DNA of 64,000 nt from Trichinella spiralis. Its lineage: Eukaryota. The stretch is taken from the NCBI RefSeq assembly GCF_000181795.1, contig NW_003526943.1, positions 5,883,806 through 5,947,805 of the forward strand, read 5' to 3'. Below, piece after piece: positions 1 to 16,395 of the stretch (the first letter of the stretch is position 1; every line of letters starts with the position of its first letter). Below the pieces are notes generated by a model. The model was not told the DNA's origin, did no database searches, and saw only the letters and a program-made list of their open reading frames with translations. The position numbers and the translations under genes are program-made.

Positions 1-3000
1 TGTTCCAGTTGTCGCGAGCGTTGCGTAATCGCTTCACCGAAATTTGGTGCAAAACTACATCACTCCATGCTTGTGAAGAGCAAGAGGATATGGTTGAATT
101 GTTGTCTCAGAATTTGCCAGTAGAAGATGACTTGCTCAGAAACGCACTGGCCAAATGTATGCTTGATTTCTTGCGGCAAATCGACTCTCGCATGCCAAAA
201 GAGTTCAGTGAAACATATTGGAATTATATATATATATTTTTTTTTCTTTTTCTATGTGTTAATTTTGTAGATTTTCAATGCGGGATGTTATTGCCTGGTT
301 GCAGTTCATCAAGGCGAATGTCGGAATGCTCGACGTGGCGTTGAGCATCGTTCACGGCGCTATAGCGACTGTAATTGATAGTTTTGGTAAATATTTGGGT
401 TCTTATTTGAAATTAAAAAAAAGAACAGAAAAAAATTTCGAATAATATTCAACAAATACAACTTCAAGGTGCTAAAGGAGCTGCTGTTTCGGTTGAGGAG
501 AGGAAAAAATTTGGCGATGACGTTTTCGAGCATTTGTTGAAATCTTTGGAATCACAGCTGGGTCGTGTAAATCGTAGCAAGCTATTAAACGCCCATATAA
601 CGAATCACGAAGACCACTTGCAAATTGGATGCTTCACAGTAGCAAAAGGTGTGTTGAATTGTTTCTACTTTGTATGTGTGTGTGTTTGTTGAATTGTTGT
701 CAATTTTTAAGGTAGTAAGCAGTGCTCAACTGAAACTACTGTCATTGATGCTTTTGGGATGCGTAGTTATGATTTTTTTCGACTTGCCCGAGCGCTCAGT
801 GTTCAACGGCCAATTTTGATTCAGGGAAGTCCTGGTGTTGGTAAAAGTACGCTGGTGATGGAATTCGCAGCTTTGACTGGACACCGAATAATTCGTATCA
901 ATTTATCCGAGCAAACGGTCAGTGAAAATTTTGTGCAAAATTCCATAAAACAAAATTTATTGTTGTTTGTTTGATTTCGATTATTTTACAGGATCTTTGC
1001 GATCTTTTCGGATCCGAATTTCCAATAATGAATGATAAAAGTAGGCAAATGTTTACTTGGTTGGACGGTCCGCTACTGGCTGCGGTGAAGAAGGGTCATT
1101 GGGTATTGTTGGACGAAGTGAGTAATTGATTAAATTTTTTCAATTACCACTTTAAAATGATGATGTTGTTGTGTAAAATGTGTGATTTTTATTTTTTTTC
1201 TTCAGATGAATCTCGCAAGCCAAACTGTTCTGGAAGGCTTGAACGCTTGTTTCGATCATCGCGGTGAGATCACTATCCCTGAATTGGGTAAAACGTTCTC
1301 GGTTGGTAGAACAGCTACCAGATTTTTCGCATGCCAAAATCCGTACAATCAAGGCGGAAATCGAAAAGCCTTGCCTAGATCGTTTGTTAGCCGTTTCACT
1401 CTCGTGAGCATTCATTATTTTAAATTTTACCCTTTGCCACTTGGTTTTTTATTTTGTTCTTTTGTTTTTTCATTTTTTTAACAGATCCATTTGAACAATT
1501 TGACCGAAACCGATCAGCTGGAGATTATGCGGCATAAATTCACCAATATTGAAGGACGTGTGTTGAAAAATATGGTCACTTTCAATAGCAAGGTTTGCCA
1601 TGATATTTGCTTGTTGTATTTTTTATAGTTGGTTTTCGTTTATTGTTCAACTTTTGTGTTTTGCAGTTGAATGTGATGGTACGACAGCAGGGTTTTGAAA
1701 GCTTTGCCAGTGGCAACGCGGAATTCAATTTGCGTGACTTGATCCGCTGGGGAAAACTGATTGTAAATATCAGTAATCAATTTTTTATCAGATTATTAAA
1801 ACGGAAAAATGATATTTTTCAGTCAATTACCGGCTTACCGTATGATAAACTTTTTTACACAGTATATGCTGTACGTATGCGGGATTATGAAGAACGTTCG
1901 AAGGTATAATGCAGCAGTGTTGAAAAACGAGCACATTTATTATTTATTTATTGTTGGCTTATTTTCAACTTTGAATTGAAATAACATAAAAGCAAGATGA
2001 AATAATACCATAGGATAAAAATGTAGAGTGGAAATTTTGTTTAGGTTATGCAGCTGTTTGTGGAAACGACAAAAACAAATTTTCAAAAGGAAACGTTGGA
2101 TACGTTTGTCATTACAAATAACAAGCTTTATTTTGGCGATGCTGTATTGGATAGGAGAGAGGCGTATGTCTACCTTGGGAATGTCGCATGCGATGCTGTG
2201 ATGCCTCCCATGTCGTTGGCGTCTTATTATAAGTATTTGATGCAGTGCATACAGGGGAACATGTTGGCCATTTTGGTATGGAAATTTTGTTTTATTTGAT
2301 TTTTTTAAAATGTTGAAATGAAAAGTTTACCATTGGAAATTGTTATTCAATTTTTGGATTATTTTTAGGTTGGTAAATCGATGGTTGGCAAAACGATGCT
2401 GGTGAAAACATTGAGTTTGTTGTGTCGTCAAAAATTGACAATTTTAAATTTAACCCCAGAAACAGACGCTAGCGAATTGTTGGGCACTTATGAACAAGAG
2501 GTAATGTGACTTTTGTGATCAGGGAACGACCATTGTCATTGTTAGTGTTGTTGTTGTTGTTGTGCGTAATTTCAGACGACCAGTAGAAAGTGCTTTCAGC
2601 ATTTTATGCGGCGGATGAAAGCAGCCTGTGAAAATCTGGCTTTGGAAACCTATACTTATGGTTGTTTTTACGCTTTTGAAAACTTGCTGTCTTTGCTTTT
2701 GGAGCTTGATGATGTGCAGAAGCTGAATCTCAACCATTGCAAAGCGATGCTAGAAAAGCTGCAAACCATTGGCAACGTTTTTATTGCTATGGCATCGTTG
2801 AAAGCGAAATTTAATGACTCAGTAAACGACCTTCAACGTGTATTTTGCCGTTGCACCTCTGAAAGCGACAATGTGCGCTTTGTCTGGGTGGAAAGCCCAT
2901 TACTGGTCGCCCTGCGTGAAGGGCACTGGCTTCTTGTTGAAAATGTCAATTTGTGCAAGTATGCAAGTGGAAACTGTTTGATCATTATTAATAACATATT

Positions 3001-6000
3001 TATGCTTCTGATTTTTTTATTATTGTTTTATTATTATTATTGCTACTGTTGTTTTCTCTGCAGCCCTGCTGTTTTGGATCGATTGAATAGTTTGTTTGAA
3101 CCATTTGGTCAACTGAGTGTTGCTGAACGTGGTTTGTTTGAAAATCAGTTGCCCGTCTATAAGCCACACGACCAATTTCGGTACTGTACCTCTTTAAATC
3201 TTTTGATTGATTTGATTTATTATTATTATTATTATTATGTTGATTTATTAATATTTTAAATTTGTAGAGCTATTTTTACAATGGATCCTAAATATGGTGA
3301 AATATCACGCTCAATGAGAAATCGGGCGATTGAAATATACATTCCAGAAAATGATGGCTGGCATAATTTGCATGAAAGTGAAAGTGGACGACTTGTAAAA
3401 TTGTTTTCCATGAACAACAACGTTTTCACTGATACCAAGGTAATGCGGTGAATGTGAATAGACATTTTTCAAAATATTTTTTATCATAAAAGTTATCAGA
3501 AAAGCTTTGAAAGTAATAGTTTTACTGATATTGCTTTTAAATTTATTTATTTTAACAATCGATGATTAGAAATTAAAATTTTTTGACAAAGCAAAAATTT
3601 ACTGTGAAATAGGATAATCTGATGAATAATCACGGTTGGTATGATGAAAAGAGTGTGATGTATATTAATTTTCAATCTTTTATTTCAAATGGGAAGATTG
3701 GTGACTGTGAACTTATTTCGTACTCAATCCCAGTCAATATTTTGTCTGCATTTCCGAAAGCATTTGCCCTTGGAAGGGATTTGCATTTTATTCGACAAAT
3801 TTTTGCAGAAGTGAAGCAAAAGTATATAATAACATTGAATTATTATTATTTGTTGATTTTGATTTTCACCATTTCCTTCTGTGTTTAGTGAATTGGACAG
3901 TTCGGTGATGCAAATTGTGCTTCGACATTATTGTTGCACCAGCACAACAGGCGATTCCGCTTATCGATTGGCTTATTTGAAAAAATTGTTTAAAGGTTCA
4001 ACTTGATGAGCACCATGAAACGAATCTGATAATATATGTATTTATTCATATTTAGAATGCAATGCATGGTTGTCGGGAGCGAAATTACATAATTTGCAAA
4101 TTCTAATGCAAAAAATTCCTCGCATAATGTCGAATTCAATCGAACGGCATTCGGCGCGTAAGTATTACATATCAAAAATATGAAAAGTAACGTTTCTGTA
4201 TGTTAATTTATTTTTTTATGACATTTGCAGTAGAAATAATGCATATAATGCATTTCGGTGCGACGGACCTGCGTTGGTATTTTATGCGTTGGTTTGAACG
4301 TCTTTGTGAAAGCAATGTTGTGTTCGAAGACATATCATGCATATTGAACAAGTATTTTGATTTCAACCTTACCACATTCAACGATTCGATATTTTTTGTA
4401 AATTTTTATAGGATTTTATTCATCATTGAATATTTCTGGATCTATGATGTATACTTATGCAAAGTGGATAGCACGATTTTAAACGAATTGGAGAAAGAAT
4501 TTGAAAATGGTAAAACAACGGAACAATATATGTTTTGTTTGATTTGATTTTTATGTTTTTCATGATTCACACTCGTTGTGTTTTCATAGGCGAATTTTCA
4601 ACACATTCCAATATGAATGTTTTTACCTGGCTCAGTGAGTTTATGAGATGTATACTCGGCAATTATCGTAATATTCTTTCTCGACGTGTAATTTTTCCAG
4701 ACAGCCTGTGGATGACGGTATTATTTTGTGTGCAACAACAAAGAAAAAAAACGATATATATTTTTTTTCTCATTTTCAATTTTAATTTCAGGCAAGTCGT
4801 AGTTTGTTGCTGTTAGCTGTGCTTTGCGAGAAATTAAAAGACATGGATATCGTGCAAATGAAATCTTCATCATTGCTGCTTTGGCATTTGTGTTTCGATT
4901 TGCGTCTCACTCTATCCGAAGTTATGAATAATACTGGGTAAATCGTGCTTATTATTATTATTTGAATACTTTTTTTAAACTGAACAGTTAACTGTTATAT
5001 AACTTCGAGAAAAGAGAGAGAGAGAGTGAGATTGATTATAAAATGAAATGGATAATCAATTGAAGTGAATAATAATACATTTCAATTTTTGTTCGTTTAG
5101 ATTATTGTACGGCTTGAAAGGTTTATCATCATGGAAAAAGTTAAACCCGATCAGAAAAGATCATGCATTTATTTTGAATTTTTTCGATTTACTGTTCAAT
5201 TCGTTGCAACTGAGTCGCTGCTTGTACAAAGCCGAATCTGCTTTGGCAATTTGTGAACTGAAACGGCAAATGGTCTGCATGAAGCTGTTGGCCAAGTTGA
5301 AAGTTGTCAACAGCGAAAAATTGATGGCCAATATTGAAATTTTCCACAACAATGCACATTTACCATACGACAAGCTGAATCCAGTTGATATTAAACAGCT
5401 TTTGACATTAGCCGAGGTTGAATTGGAAAATGTTGGGAACAATTTTCAAAAATTGTTTATGCTGATTTGCTTCGTCGAAAGTGCAGAGGAATTTTATGGG
5501 AAATTTCACGCCTGTTGTTCTGTCGGCTGTAAAAATCATCCACAAATTTCACTGGACGATTTTCCAATCGACACAGTCTATGATTGGCTGTCGTTTGCGT
5601 CGACACTGATTGGCGAGTTTCGTTGCAGTTCGGTAATATAGTTGTTGTTGTTGTTTGTTTTTTTTAATGCATTTTCAAATTTTGTTTGTTCCCTTTTTTA
5701 AGCCATTTCGATTGGCAGTTGGTTATAAAGAAGAATTGAAAAATTATTTGAACGACATGTTACAATTGGAAAACTCCAAGCAGTTCAAATCGTTGTTGAA
5801 TATTGGCAATATTCGTTCGATGAGGTCAAAAGCGAACGAAGCGATGTCATTTTTGTGGAATTGTGGTTCTTCTTTGGAAATGATGCCTAAATTGGCGGCG
5901 TATGATTTGATTTGATTTGACTTGATTTGATTATTCATCATTTATGGATTGATTTTTAGAATTGTGTTACATCAGACGGTGTTGACACTGAGTATGAAAT

Positions 6001-9000
6001 TTTTGAATGCGCATTTTGGCTTGATGTGGCAGAAGGTTGATTCGCCTCCATATAAAACTGCAATGAAGACCATTAAAAGGACCGTAACATCATATTCTGA
6101 TGGTACTGATAAGTTTATCTTTTTATATTTGTATTATTTGTTTGAAAATTAATTTATCATTACTGTCAATGAAAGTGTTGAATTAATTGTATTTTTTTTA
6201 CTTTTGTTAATTTTTAGACACAGCGCTCTGCCCATTTGGATTGTACTGTATTTGCTTGAGCGCCGGAGAAGCGATGTTCACTATTTACAGTTTGGTAGTG
6301 CTTTACAGCAAAGATCCTCTGAAAATTGCCTGTTCCAAGCGGGATGCCATAGACTTGCAGGTGAAAGTGAAACAGCAAAATCTAGTTGCTTTTTCTTTGA
6401 AATAAAATAACATCCAATGCAAATTTATTAGATTGCGTACGTAAAGAAAGAGTTGAAAGTGTTCGACAGACGATTTCATATGTACTGGGGTTCCGACCTG
6501 AGTGGCGAAACATCTGTACACCCTCGCGTGGATAGTTTGCGAAAACTTTCTACTGAACTTCACAAAGAAAGGCAACCGTTTGAACAGTATTGTGATTTTC
6601 CCAAAGAAAGAGAAGTAATTAATTAATTAATTGAGTTGAATTTTCAAATTTCTTGTTTTTTATTAAATTAAAACAAAATTTCCATTTTGTTTTCTAGGGT
6701 ATTTTACAGAAATTGCGTATGATATTTGAAAATGTTCTGGAAAAGCGAAATTTGATTGCAAAGATTTTCTTCGATTTGAAAAAGATTTCGATTAAGCATG
6801 GCAAAATGATCGGCAAGCAGGACACCGTCCGTGAATTGTTGGATTCTTTGTGCCTTTACAAGGCTATGATGGAAACGACGATGCGTCGATTGCGGGATTT
6901 TTTGGACCTGGCGCCGGATTTGGTTTTGCACATGCAGACGAGCATTCAGGTGATTTTCCTCGCTTGCGAAGGATTGTTGCACGAACTTGATTGCTTCTTG
7001 AAGCGCTCCCAATATACGAACAAGCCAGCACCGAAATCTGAAGTAAATAAGTGGATTTTTGAGTATAAACAAAATTATAATGTATGGCATAGTTTTTTAT
7101 TTGTTTTTTTTCAAAGATTGCAAATATGTGCAGTTGGGTGAAAAGTTCGCTGCCATTTCCGTCGAAAAATGCACTCGTCATTTGGGAAAATGCGAACGCT
7201 GACAAATTTGACCCTGCCCAGTATAAAGAAAAACCAATGCCCAATGATGAAAATTTGTGTAATCTTGTAAATTTTGTTTTTTCCAGATTTTTTATTGACA
7301 ACCCTGTGCGTTTGGAACGCCGAGCCAAGGCAGTGCGTGTTTTGATGCGAGCTTGGCGTGACGAGCGCAGCGGTTTTCAAACCCACCCCGACGTCAGTTG
7401 GTTCAAGGTGGACCGAGTTGGAGTTGAGGTCGAATCGTCGTCGTCGTCATCGGATGGACATGAAGCCGAGGAAAAGCGAATGGTATATTTATTCGAGCCT
7501 TGGCGAAATGCAGATGACGCGGATGATCATCTGTTGAAAAAGAAAAAATGTATTGTGGATGCGATGAGGGCGGTGGTTCTAAGACACGGTGGAGATGATA
7601 TTTCCGGCGACGGACTGATGTGGGACCGTCTGCGAGGCTGTTTGGGCGAAGTCGAGAGCGACTGTTTCCAATTGGAAAATATACTGCTGATGATTGATCA
7701 TTATTATAAGAAGGATGATGATGATGATTGTCGACAAAGAGGAGAACGTTTTTTCAACGCGATCTACGGTGAAATTACATACGAAGAGGCTGTGATGGTT
7801 CACGATGCGACGGACAGTTTCAAAACGGCGATCCACAATTTGACACTCAAACATCCTGAGAATGTTGTTTTGGAGGATATTTTAAAATCGGTTGAGAATT
7901 TGCAAAATTGTCCGTACAATTCTACCGTTGCAACTGTGCAATTTGCTATTGGTGAAATATTGAGTAAGTTTTTGTTTTTTTTTTGTGAACAGTATCATAG
8001 CAGATTTGTGTTTGAACTTTTGCCAAAAAAAAGTAACTTAACATATTGATTAGGAAAAGCGGTTGATTGGAATGTGTACGTTCAGTCGGAAATGGATGAG
8101 TTCAAAGTTGTCTGCGCTGAATTGCAGAAACTTTACGTTCACTTTTCTGCGAGACAATTCCACCTGTGGGAAAATTTACTCGAGCAAACTGAAATCGACG
8201 CTAGCTGCAACGGAGTGGAACATTCCATGCACGTTGTCGACTCGTTGATACACACTTACAATGTAAAAATGGTCAATTGTATAATAAATTAGATTGTTTA
8301 TTAATTTTTTCTTTTTTTTTTAATTTTCAAGTATTCCGTGGAACTTTGTGTTGTTGAAATTTCATCACTGATCAAAAATGTCGGCATTGGATGTTTTGTT
8401 GATTTCATCAAGGCGTTGAGAGTTCAAATAGAAGCTGTTGAAAATATGCCGCATGATACTCGCCGTCACCTTCTCACATTGGTAGATTTTTTTGCCAGAT
8501 ATGAGTTGAAAGTGAAAGAGCAGATTGAAATTGTCAAAGCACCATTTCGAAAAGAGATATCCGTAGGTTTTTTTTTTGGAAAATATTTTGCATTGGAAAT
8601 TTTTTTATCATTTACCACTTTTCAGAATGTGATGCTGTTGTTCCACTACAAGAAGGCGGATTGGTGGCGTGCGCAGTTGGATATACTCTCTCTGAAGAGG
8701 CAACTTGTTGCGGTGGTCAAAAAGTACAAGGTAATGATTTTCATTTAATTTTCCAATTACACAACTATTGACAATCCGTGATGTGAACATTTCACAGGAT
8801 TGCTTGTGCCAAAGTGTTGAGTCTCTTATCACTACTCCTCTGTGTTCGAAAATTTCTTGCATGGAAATTGAAGCAACTGAAAATGCGTCGAATTCAGTTG
8901 ATAAAATATTGCCACAAAATTGGTTCTCATTGGACGAGTTTCAAGATGCCGGAATTCAGTCGGATCAGCTAGACGATTGTAGAAACTTTTGTAATAATAT

Positions 9001-12000
9001 TAACAGTATCGGTGATTATTATTCGAAACATTGGAAAACGATTTGCGATTCACTTTGCACCAATGTTACTAAACTGAATGATTTTCTGTTGCAATTGAAA
9101 ACCCCTTTCCAAGAAGAACTGGCCGACAAGACCAATTGTCCATCGTCGACTGCAGTTTCTGAAGAGAAGCTGTTCAAATTTGCCCTACAGCAGCGTCAAC
9201 AGACTGCTTGGAAATTGGTGAAAATTTTAAAAAGACAAGGCTTTTCAACCCGGCTGCACACCGACCCAGCCGTCATAGTGAAAACGTTGAAAGAAGTGCC
9301 ATCAGCGTTGCCATCGAAAAAATTCGATTCTGAAGCAATTTATTCAAAAACCCAAACGTTGATCGATCAGTTCTGGATCTGTTTTTCCCATATGCTCAGC
9401 TGTTTTGCAATGCAGGAGACGACGACCAACGACCAACAGCTTAACATTTCCTTGTTTAAGGCATTGAAGGGTCTCACATCCGGCATGGTGGACAAGCTGA
9501 TTTGTCGTGTCGGTACTCTGGCTGGACGTGTGATTGTTCTGCAAAGGTGGCAGCGGTATAAACGGATGTTAGAACTGATTCAAGAGGGCCGCGTTTGTGG
9601 TCTCGTCGACGACGACGACAACGGTGGTGCGACGTTGGCCAAAGTTAAGAAGTTGCTGCAAGAAACTGCAACTCTGGTTCCATTTTTGGAAAATTTGTGC
9701 GACGTATCTTCGTCGACAGTTCGGCTCTGGTCAGCCTGTGCCGAGTGGGAGAAGGCACGGTTGGACGCGCCCGAGCTGTTGCGGTTCCAGGAGCTGAACG
9801 TTAGCAAACCCACAGCGCCGGAAATTGCCTGCGCGGAACGATCGTTTCAGTCGGCTGCTCGCTTGGACCAGTTGAACGTTTCCATAATGGAATCGATTCA
9901 ATTTATGAAAAAAGTTAAAAAAAGTTGTCCACCAATTGGTGGGATCCCGATCTTGGCATGGTTTGTTTTTCTTTTTGTTTATTGTAAATTAGCAATTTAA
10001 TTTCCAGAGTGTTTATTTCGTGTTGTTTTTTTTTCGTGCTTTTAGCGAAGACTTTGACAAATTGAATGATCTTCTACTCCATTTATTCGGTACCGTTTCT
10101 GACGAAATTGGTGAAATTTTACAAAAAGCTCGTTGTCAATTTGACGGCACCGTTAGTTTCCACGGTCGACATTTGGACCGAGCTTGGCAAGCGTTGCAGC
10201 GTCGGCGAGAAACATTTAACAGTATTTGTAGTACAAGTGCAGATTTGGAGAAAGTTTCTTGCACCGAATTTGTTGATGTCGATTCACTGATTAAAGAACT
10301 GCTCGCAGTTAAATTTCCATTTCAAACCGGAGAAAAGTCATCTGTTGACGCTGGACTTCTGCATAAAGATGTTGCCGATTTGGATCGTCTTTGCAGCCGT
10401 TATTCTTCGTGGGTAAGTAGAAATTTGTCATTTCACAACTGACAACAAACAGTTTGATGAATAATTAAAAAATTTACCCCATAACGATTAATTGTTTTGT
10501 CTTTTTTTTCCTATTTTTTTCTGCTTTTAGCTGACAAAAGCAGGCAAAGTGATTTGCTGTGCATTTTTTGACGATCAGAAGTTGAAGCGTCAGGCTCGTT
10601 CGTGTGCGTTGATATACACGAAATTGGTCGATTTGATTTCGTCCCTTTATGAAAATTGCTTGGAAAACACCTTGATCATGTGCGACATGTATGTGATTTT
10701 TTGCCAATTGTGCGCCGTGTTGTACGAAAAAGGCTTTGCCGTGCCTCCTTCGAATGCTGAACCGCAAGAGGGAGAAGTGAAAAATCAACAATTCGAAGAT
10801 GCCGGTATGGGAATTGGTGAAGGGGCCCGGGATGTTTCTGAACAGATTGAATTTGAACATCAAGTGGAAGGTTTGGCTGGTGAAGAAGACCGAGCGTCGG
10901 ATACTCAGGCGTCGATGGAAGACGTCGAATGTCCAATTGAAATGGAAGATAATTTTGACGGAAATTTGGAAAATTTGCCAAACAGTAATAAAAATGACGA
11001 AGGTTTGTATATTATTTTATGGTACAACTGGGTGAAGCGAAAAATCGTTTTCGTTTTCCTTTTTTCAGATGATGACACTGATGAGGATGAAAATGACGGA
11101 GATCAAGATTTGAAAATTGACATGGAAATGGATAATGTTTCGGATGAAGAAGCGGAACGACAGTTTGATCCTGATCCATTGGAAGAGGATAATAAAACTA
11201 GACCGGAAAACTTTGACAGCACAATGGAAGGTGCTAATAAGGTCGATGATAATCAGTTGGTAGCAAAAGAAGAACAAGAAGGGGAATTCGAAGGTGGCGT
11301 GGCATGTTTATAGTGTTGATTTTATATTTGAAAAACTTGAATTTATCTATCTATTTATTTATTTATGATGGAATTTTAGACTCAGGCGACCAGAACATAG
11401 ACAACAAGTGTGAAGAAGACGACGAACAAATCTACGAAGTACCTGAATTGAATGCCAATGCAAGTGACAATGATGAACAAGGTGAGAAAGAGCAGGGAAA
11501 AGAAGAAGAAGATGAAGCAACAAGGCAAGACTCCACTGATGCTGATGATGACGATGAACAGTTGAAGAGCGATGATGATTTGACTGAGCAAGATGATCAA
11601 CGAGAAGAAGAGGACAGTGATGGTGGCGAGGAAAACGTTGAAGAGAATTCTGTGGTAATGGAAGAAAAATTATTCACGCAAAGCGGAGCTCAGCAAAGTC
11701 AGTTTGGTTCCGGTGCTCAAGTTGGGGCCGACGATGAGCAGCAGTTGAATGTGGAAATGGACACGGGTTGTATGGAAACCGACCCGCAAAGCAGAACCGC
11801 CGATGTGCAGCAGCGGAATTCAGCTGTATCCAGTTTGCCAGATCGATCTGAAATGGGATCTTCGGTTCCGAATCGTTCTGGTCGACACAATTTACCCACT
11901 GCCGACGTGCAGACGTTCGCCGAACCGTTCCTGAAGAGGCGTAAAATTGAACCTGCCGAATGTGAACAACGAAGTGTCGGTGATTTGTCGAAAAATACAC

Positions 12001-13939
12001 TGACTAATCCGGCCGTCGCTTTGGAAAATTCTTCGTCTGCGGTGGAACGTTCCGAGTCGACGGATGCAGACGAGGGACATGAGCAGGCGAACGCGTTCGC
12101 CCACGCAGCCGACTTGGACGACGATGCTATGCAAATTGTGGACAGTGCAGATTTGAACACCGCGTTGAACAAAGCAGAACTGCCCGACAACGAGGAAATG
12201 GATTTTGAAAGCGCCGATGAAGGAGACAAAGAAGAAGAAGAAGAAGCAGATGTTGTTCATGTGAGAGAATATATATATATATGCGTCGTTGAAATTGTGT
12301 TCGAATATTTATTGTTGTGCAGGATCGAATTATGACTGATGGAAATGCGATAATTCCGCAAATCAGCGCTGAAATTGTACACGACGACAAGATAAACGAC
12401 CCCATGGATCAGGAAGAGCAGAATCTCGACGCTGAACACAACCCCACGGACGAACAGCAAAACAACGCAGCTAGCTCATTTCATACTGACAGAACATTTT
12501 TTCATTGTCAGGTAAAGTTTGTTTGTTTTTTGTGCAGAAATTTTACTCAACCCAATATAAATTCCTTTCAGACTGATGACAATATTTCGGATGTGAAAGA
12601 TGCGATCTTGCCAGTGGATGTAGATTCGTTTGCGACCACCGACAGTTGGAACGGAAGCGTTGATCAGTGGAAAGCTTTGGTGCAAGAGTCACGTTTGCAA
12701 GCTGTTGAACTTTGTGAAAGTTTACGATGTCTGTTGGAGCCCACCGTAGCTTCCCGACTCCAGTGAGTTGGAAACAATTTACTGTTGCCATTATTAAAGA
12801 TAATTTGTATTGTAAAGATGGATTTTCAATCTGTTGCATTTGCTTTGTGTTTCAGAGGTGATTATCGTACGGGAAAACGATTGAATCTGCGAAAAATTAT
12901 TCCATACATTGCCAGCGGATTTCGCAAGGATAAAATTTGGTTACGTCGAACTCGTAAAACGAAACGTGACTATCAAGTTGTACTGGCAATTGACAACTCG
13001 CAGAGCATGGAACTGAACAACGTGAAAACGGTAATGAGAAAACAAAATGAAAAGAAATTATACATTGATATAATAGTTTGTTGTTGTTGTTGTTGTTCAG
13101 ATGGCACTTCAATCTTTGGCAATGTTGAACGAAGCTTTTTATACTTTGGAAATTGGTCACGTTGGTGTATGCAAATTTGGCACTGAGCCGATTTTGTTGC
13201 AGCCTCTGACTAAAACGTTTGATGTTCATTATGGTGCTAAAATTATCGAACAGCTGAATTGCAATGAACAACGAACTGACATATTCAAGGTATTGTTTTG
13301 AACAAAATTAACCTTAAATAAAATCAACATCTCAAAAGCATATATCATCATCATCATCATCATCTTGAATATGTTCAAAATTATTTGATGATTTTTATTG
13401 CTGTTTGTCGTTCGTGTTAGTAGTAGTTGTTACATTTGTATCATTTATATGCATATATATTTTTTTGACTTTTGTTTAAGCTGTTGCAATGTGCAGCCAG
13501 TTTGTTTACCCCTCAACCAGCTTCATCTGACAGAACTGACAGTGGCATGCCAACAAAGCTGATGATAATTTTATCAGATGGAAGAAACGTGTACAGCGTT
13601 GGTGAGCAAGCGCTCAAAGATGCGGTTCGTTCGGTTTTCAGTGCTGGTATTTTTGTCATCTACATCATTGTTGACAATAGTTCTAATGCGGTATGTTAAA
13701 AAAAAGTGGCGAATATTAATAATAATATTATTTCTTATTGTGTAATTTCTTTTTCTTTACAGAATAGTGTGTCGAATCACAGAATGGTAATTGTGAAGCC
13801 GAATGGGGAAGTGGAATTTGTTTCATACATTGATCGATTTTGTTTTCCCTTTCATATTACGTTGAATCGTTGTGATGATCTTCCGAAAGTCATCAGTGAG
13901 GCGTTGAAACAGTGGATTGAACTTGTTTCCGAATGTTAA
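1..13939 (+). CDS. MDN1: Midasin (Rea1/MDN1) AAA-ATPase, multi-exon, 5' end outside the window
   Basis: Spliced exons give AAA motifs (LIQGSPGVGKS, WVLLDE|MNLASQTVLEGLNACFDHRG, FACQNP..GGNRKALPRSFVSRF, FNLRDLIRW, SPAVLDRLNSLFE, GEISRSMRNRAIE). These are followed by a long helical linker, GMGIGEGARDVSEQIEFEHQVEGL, a D/E-rich tract (~10970-12260) and a C-terminal vWA/MIDAS domain (LCESLRCLLEPT, GDYRTGKRLNLRKIIPYIAS..KDKIWLRRT, IDNSQSM). Stop TAA at 13937-13939. Confidence 0.96.
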
Positions 13940-15195
13940 ATGCAATATTTTTATTATTTATTATATACTGTTATTCAGAGTTTGTTGTATCTTTTTTTTA
14001 AAGATACTTTGAAAAAAAATCTTTATTCTGTTATAATGAAATAAAACCTTTTTTTACAAAAAATCAGAATTATAAAAAGACTTTATCTTTTTTTATCAGT
14101 CAGCGAGGAACAATGCAATGCAGAATGCGATTGTAACATGCTACTAAGCATATAACAACAACAACAGAACGCAAAGAAATTTCAATTTTCATTGTTAGTT
14201 AATTAATTAATTAATTAATTAATTTGCATTATAATCGTTTCCGTTAGCGTGTCATTTGTCATCTGCTTGCGTCTATTTATTTGTTCTTTGGAAATTCCAG
14301 TACGTATTTATTATAGTTGTAAAAAGTTCATTTTATTCCAATCCCTCTACCAATTCCAGCAGCAAATGCTTATCAATCAATCTGACATATAACGTCTAGC
14401 CAACCATGATTTGCATTAATTAATTGTTGAAAAAAGTTTGCTGAATTTACTGTAAAATTAATTGTGTAAATTAATTCTTAAAAATATGCAACAATTTATA
14501 TGCTGTATACATTTTCATACAACATTGTTGCAATGGTAATAACAGTGGTAAATTTCTATACATTGTTTGGTATCGATGAAATACTAAATAAATGAATGCA
14601 CAACTGGAAAAATAACAAATGTTTTGTTTCATGAAGTGAACGCTTCTAGATAACATAAATACTTTCAATGTACAAATAAGGATAATATTTCATTATTATA
14701 TATATTTATGAGAATTGGTTACTGATAAATGTCCTGTGGTTTTCTTTTATGTTTATCAAGTATTTTTCAGTATGTTCAATCTCTTCACTGTGTTATTATA
14801 GAATCTGATAAAATCTCTAAATGTTATCTAACTAGCTAACAAAATCACATAATTACATGTATGTGTGTGTGTGGGAGAGGGGGGGGGGATAATATATAAG
14901 AGTCAACAAATTCTTTAAAGAAATTTATTACTTACTAATAATTTCAATAGCTGTTTTACTATTACTCATTATTCCAAATAATGGAATGCTCGAGAAAATC
15001 GCATCACATTATTCATGAAAACTTCAAATTTACAGCAACGCAAAGTACACAAGAAATAAATGGATAAATATTGTAATTTTCACAATATATAAGTTTACTA
15101 AATTGATCAAAGAAGTAATATTTCGTGAATAAAAGCTGCTGCAGCTGTAACAATGGCAAAAAGTCAGCTAAGCAAAATAAATTACCAGCTGTACA

Positions 15196-16395
<1,200 letters not shown>

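Noticed and set aside
11674..12460. Several long antisense ORFs over the midasin acidic region
   Set aside because: Shadow ORFs of a GC-richer, compositionally biased coding exon; no recognisable motifs.
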